A DNA stretch of 47,957 bases, from contig JAFPYW010000060.1 of assembly GCA_017394405.1 (NCBI GenBank), forward strand, positions 1 through 47,957, in the 5' to 3' direction. This document shows positions 44,801-47,957 of the stretch, one piece after another. Both the position numbers and the translations under genes were made by a program. Within the stretch, counting starts at the first letter, position 1; the number at the start of each line of letters is the position of its first letter. The stretch is from Alphaproteobacteria bacterium (GTDB lineage Bacteria; Pseudomonadota; Alphaproteobacteria; CAAHEQ01; UBA3637). A model generated the notes under the pieces. That model saw only the letters and a program-made list of their open reading frames with translations, did not search any database and was not told where the DNA came from.

Positions 44801-45395
44801 TCGGAATATCCGCCATCAAAGCTTTCAAATCATCATCACTCATCATATTGATTTTGTTGATTTCATGAGATGTACGGAATCCATCAAAGAAATGCATAAA
44901 CGGAATGCGTGACAGGTATGTGGACATTTGTGCCACCGCAGCTAAGTCATGTGCTTCCTGAACAGAGTTAGAAGCCAACATCGCGAACCCAGTTTGACGG
45001 CAGGCCATTACATCGGAGTGGTCACCAAAGATGGACAAAGCATGTCCTGCAACTGTACGAGCGGCCACATGCATCACAAATGGTAACAATTCGCCCGCAA
45101 TCTTATACATATTCGGAATCATCAACAATAAACCTTGTGAAGCGGTATATGTTGTTGTCATGGATCCAGCTTGCAAAGCGCCGTGCACGGCACCAATAGC
45201 ACCAGCTTCAGATTGCATTTCCAAAACCTCGGGCACTTTGCCCCAAATGTTTTGTTGCTTTCCTGCTGCCCAAGCGTCCGCCCATTCGCCCATTGGAGAC
45301 GATGGTGTAATCGGGTAAATAATGGAAAGTTCATTCAATTTATACGCCACTGTAGCGGCGGCTTCATTTGCATCAAGCATTTTCGTTTTAGACAT
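41883..45395 (-). CDS. nifJ: pyruvate:ferredoxin (flavodoxin) oxidoreductase
   Basis: YPITPSSPM, MQSEAGA, GLGSDGTVGANK, two CxxCxxCxxxCP, FEFSGACAGCGETPY, GGDGWAYDIG. Confidence 0.97.
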   Translation of the reverse strand: MSKTKMLDANEAAATVAYKLNELSIIYPITPSSPMGEWADAWAAGKQQNIWGKVPEVLEMQSEAGAIGAVHGALQAGSMTTTYTASQGLLLMIPNMYKIAGELLPFVMHVAARTVAGHALSIFGDHSDVMACRQTGFAMLASNSVQEAHDLAAVAQMSTYLSRIPFMHFFDGFRTSHEINKINMMSDDDLKALMADIPTDFTGKNALTPDHPKVRGTAQNPDVFFQIKEAANKYYQACPEIVEKCMRKFEEVTGRAYHIVDYVGAKDAEHVVVAMGSGVETLTETVKALNSEGGKYGVVAVHLYRPFPSKAFVAALPESVKYVTVLDRTKEAGSVGEPLYLDVVSALAEGAVAGRAMPKVLGGRYGISSKEFTPAMAKAVFENVDKNHFTVGINDDVTNGSLDYDAGWHLPAQDLTRCIFFGLGSDGTVGANKNSIKIIADADDMYGQAYFVYDSKKSGAMTTSHLRFGKSPIKAPYLITSADFVACHHEPFLHKIDLLAVAAPNSVFLLNTQTPADQVWDSLPIEVQQEIVDKKIKMYAIDAVDVAGKTGMGRRINTIMQACFFAISGVLPKDVAIEKIKAAITKTYMKKGQEVVDANIKAVDASLEHLYEVKIGEANSKIHRQPGVPATAPELIRNVTGKIIEEKGNELPVSAFEWTVDGTWPSDTARYEKRRVATEIPCWDPETCIQCGKCVSVCPHAAIRAKVAKPEAFANAPEGFKSADYKTPDFTGNKFIVQVAPEDCTGCSLCTQVCPMKAKNTLVMEPIEKHIDQEIKNFDFFMQLPDADRSKLNPKMVKSVALMRPLFEFSGACAGCGETPYVKMMTQLFGDRLLVANATGCSSIYGGNLPTTPYAQNEEGRGPAWANSLFEDNAEFGLGMRTSVDSKIEFAIQLLGELKEQVGAELADSILNADQTTEEGIAAQRDRVKALKEKLATLSGDRVKLMAEHADYLVKKSVWILGGDGWAYDIGYGGLDHALYSGKNVNIMVMDTEVYSNTGGQRSKATPIGASAKFAVSGSSLPRKDLGAIAMSSGEVYVASIALGANDAQALKAMNEAESFNGPSLIIAYSHCINHGYDIGKEGLNHQQLAVKSGLWPLYRFDPRLKAEGKNPFQLDSKPSIPVADFMATETRFKYVKQQDPEHYEELLQKAQKQVDDRWAYYKQLAGEEK

Positions 45396-45500
45396 GTTTT
45401 TCCTTTCAAAAAATTATGAAATTCTTATACAACTTTTTTGGGCAAAATGCAAGGGGTTCGCCCATCTTTTTGTGTCTAAAATCAGCTGGCCGGTAAAAAC

Positions 45501-45529
45501 TTGACAAATGCTTTACTTTATGATACAAT
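45501..45529 (+). promoter_or_regulatory. sigma70 promoter
   Basis: TTGACA-N17-TACAAT upstream of 45569. Confidence 0.75.
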
Positions 45530-45568
45530 ATCGCCCGTATTAATTCTAAAAATCCAAGGAGTAAAAAC

Positions 45569-45784
45569 ATGAAAGAATTTACACCAGAACAAATAGAAGC
45601 CATGAAACATTTCCCAAGAACACTTCCCGAAGACAGACGTCGCTTTTGCGAGCTTTTTTTGACTCCCCCATCCCGTGAAGAATACTTAAAAGCACAAGCG
45701 CGCAGAAATCACCAAACAGAATCTTCTGATTTGGTTTATAATCCCGTGTTATCTTTATTTCAAAAAAGAAATCAACGAGGCTAA
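45569..45784 (+). CDS. hypothetical small protein
   Basis: AAGGAG RBS and promoter; 71 aa with basic C-terminus. Confidence 0.7.
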   Translation: MKEFTPEQIEAMKHFPRTLPEDRRRFCELFLTPPSREEYLKAQARRNHQTESSDLVYNPVLSLFQKRNQRG

Positions 45785-45831
45785 ATAACCGCACGTTTTA
45801 TCGCACATATTTCTAGATAAGGAGAAAAATC

Positions 45832-46125
45832 ATGAAGATATTTTACGTTAAAAATCCCAGCACCGGAGAATATACACCTGGAGATCACGCATGGGAATAT
45901 CCTGCTTCAATCGCCAAAAATCCAGGATATACTGGGTATATGCCGGGAAGTCACGTGTGGGGATGTCCTGCTTCAATCGCTAACCAACAACAAACCAAGG
46001 AACAACGCATTCCCCAACGGAATGAAGCAAAGAAAGCAACTGTTAAGGCCGGCCAAGAGCAAATGAAAAAAATTGTCGCCGATTCAAAGTTATGCGCCAA
46101 TTTTATGAAACACTTCTCGAGGTAG
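45832..46125 (+). CDS. hypothetical small protein with 22-aa internal repeat
   Basis: TAAGGAG RBS; YTPGDHAWEYPASIA / YMPGSHVWGCPASIA. Confidence 0.72.
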   Translation: MKIFYVKNPSTGEYTPGDHAWEYPASIAKNPGYTGYMPGSHVWGCPASIANQQQTKEQRIPQRNEAKKATVKAGQEQMKKIVADSKLCANFMKHFSR

Positions 46126-46126
46126 T

Positions 46127-46633
46127 ATGTTCAAAGAGCCACAAATACATCGCTATGCCGAGTATGTGGATAATAATCTAGAGTCATTATTACCCGGGGC
46201 GATTCATTTGTGGCAACAACATTACAATCTGATACAAAAATCATTACATGTCGGGCTGGACCAACAAGAAACAGATCGTATCAACGCCATGGCCGATTAT
46301 CGTTTGCATGTCGAGGAAGTTTTGGTTCCGTATTTGATAACAGTCAATCAAAAAATTTTACGCGGATGGCACCCGATATATGAAATTGACGAATTGATTA
46401 AAAAGAAAAATTGGATGCCCAATTTATTGCAACGCCAACAACGTGGCACCGGCGATTTTTATCGCCAGCCCTTTGCCGATCAAATTCAGGCAGTTTTGTT
46501 ATATACAATGGCACAAATTGATTTGCCTACACTCAACCGAATTTTGACTACACCTTGCTTGGCCGAACAAAAGTTCGTGCCTGGCAAAACCGTTCGATTT
46601 ATCGGCAATTTGAATTTATCTGGCAGAGACTAA
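46127..46633 (+). CDS. hypothetical protein
   Basis: 168-aa ORF coupled to the upstream gene (GAGGT RBS). Confidence 0.7.
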   Translation: MFKEPQIHRYAEYVDNNLESLLPGAIHLWQQHYNLIQKSLHVGLDQQETDRINAMADYRLHVEEVLVPYLITVNQKILRGWHPIYEIDELIKKKNWMPNLLQRQQRGTGDFYRQPFADQIQAVLLYTMAQIDLPTLNRILTTPCLAEQKFVPGKTVRFIGNLNLSGRD

Positions 46634-47922
46634 CCCGCGCGACCGTCAGACCCGGGCAATTTTTGTGGCCTAATACGCGTGGCGGGGTTGCCCGTTTGCT
46701 TCACGGCCTTATTTCTTTTTTCTGTGGTGTTGTAAAACGACACGCTGACCATACGAGAAACTTTGTCATGCCCGTTGCGATTTTTATATTCCCTTGATAT
46801 TTGTTCAAACGTGAAGTTGCCGGTTTTTTTCAAAATCGGTTTGAAATACCGCATAAAGCCACTCATCAACTTTATTAAAACTTCTTGTGTTGGCGAAGAT
46901 TTAGAGATATCCGCCATAAAAGCAGCAACGGCCGACCGCTTCAATATACGTTCTTGCTCCATACGTTCCTCGCGCGTCATTGCACAAACAGAGGCAAATA
47001 CATCTTCATCCAAAAAGCCCATGTTTAACAAATAGCACAGCGTTGCCCTAATTTTTTCCCTCACCCATGGCAACGGAACCTCTTGTAACTCACCCTCCAC
47101 CCGTTGGGTACATTTGGGAGAATCAGCATAATTCCACATATCTGCAAAACTTTTGTAAATTCTGAACCAGTTTAGGGCACCCAATTCCTCACGCGTCGTG
47201 GATAAATCCATTTTCCAAAATCCCTTCTTTTGCGGCGCGGCCATTTTATTCATCCACACCCAACAAGCATTTTCATCTTGTGGAGCCGTAGCGGTATCAG
47301 GGAATTCATATTGCCCCACCAACTCGTCCATCGCGCTTTCCCACTCGCCACGTTCGTTACGGATTCCTTCCAAATTCAAGGCTTGATCCAAGTTGCGCAC
47401 CATCGGGCGCACAGCGTTTAAACGTAACAACAAATTTTCATGGGTGTCCAACAACCACTCGGCCTGCTTTGCGTCTTTCAAATAATTTTCCAATGTGGCA
47501 CGCGGAACACTGATTGTATGATTTGGTCTCTCGTCGTCATCATCATCGGAAAAATCATTCCCATTCATTTTGTCAGCAATCAATTTACCTTGCCAACGCG
47601 CAATATAGTAGTGCAACATTTCCTGTTCGGACGGATGTATAAAACCGCACATCAAATACAATAAATCGTCATCTTCTTCTCGTTTGTTTTCCCTATGCCA
47701 TTCGGGCAAAGAATAATTGTGTTTGCGTCTGGGCAACAATTCAATTAAAACACTTCTTTGTATATTATACGCCGGGGTCAAAGCCGGAGAGTTCGCCCCC
47801 ACATCAAACAATGTAGTCCATTGAAAATCTGGCTTTATTTGGGCTGCTTCTTTTTTATTGGGTGTAGTTGCTTGATCTTTTTCGTTTTTGTCCGGTTCGA
47901 CGGGTTTATTTTCTTCTGCCAT
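46630..47922 (-). CDS. hypothetical protein
   Basis: 430-aa ORF, GGAGG RBS, acidic patches, basic C-terminal tail. Confidence 0.78.
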   Translation of the reverse strand: MAEENKPVEPDKNEKDQATTPNKKEAAQIKPDFQWTTLFDVGANSPALTPAYNIQRSVLIELLPRRKHNYSLPEWHRENKREEDDDLLYLMCGFIHPSEQEMLHYYIARWQGKLIADKMNGNDFSDDDDDERPNHTISVPRATLENYLKDAKQAEWLLDTHENLLLRLNAVRPMVRNLDQALNLEGIRNERGEWESAMDELVGQYEFPDTATAPQDENACWVWMNKMAAPQKKGFWKMDLSTTREELGALNWFRIYKSFADMWNYADSPKCTQRVEGELQEVPLPWVREKIRATLCYLLNMGFLDEDVFASVCAMTREERMEQERILKRSAVAAFMADISKSSPTQEVLIKLMSGFMRYFKPILKKTGNFTFEQISREYKNRNGHDKVSRMVSVSFYNTTEKRNKAVKQTGNPATRIRPQKLPGSDGRAG

Positions 47923-47957
47923 CTTGGACCTCCATGGTTTAAAAACTAACTGGATTG

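Overview
Chromosomal segment of an anaerobic, probably host-associated Alphaproteobacterium (inferred from the FYDLN-acid protein, SlyX, AlgH, efp/epmA, rarA-rluC-asmA and pyruvate:ferredoxin oxidoreductase). It is mostly housekeeping: leuS (5' truncated), aspS, argS, gltX, recG, efp, epmA, ybaK, rarA, rluC, asmA, acyP, nifJ/por, tRNA-Ala(CGC) and tRNA-Phe(GAA). The strongest novel signal is the aspS leader (12699-12846, minus strand). It matches, element by element, the ultrashort-Stem-I translational T-box riboswitch known from actinobacterial ileS, but carries an Asp (GAC) specifier and a UGGC bulge complementary to tRNA-Asp G73. Other notable items: a ~8.3 kb secreted, extremely Cys-rich repeat gene split by one extra base; an orphan VirB8-like gene plus several orphan proteins with basic/GR C-termini; a serum-amyloid-A-like gene with a partner next to tRNA-Phe; a divergent ASCH/GNAT pair; a tandem-ArsR redox operon; a lipoprotein gene flanked by a duplicated terminator/-35 module; and several apparently leaderless genes. 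No integrase, transposase, CRISPR array or rRNA was seen. All family assignments are by motif recognition; no searches were run.
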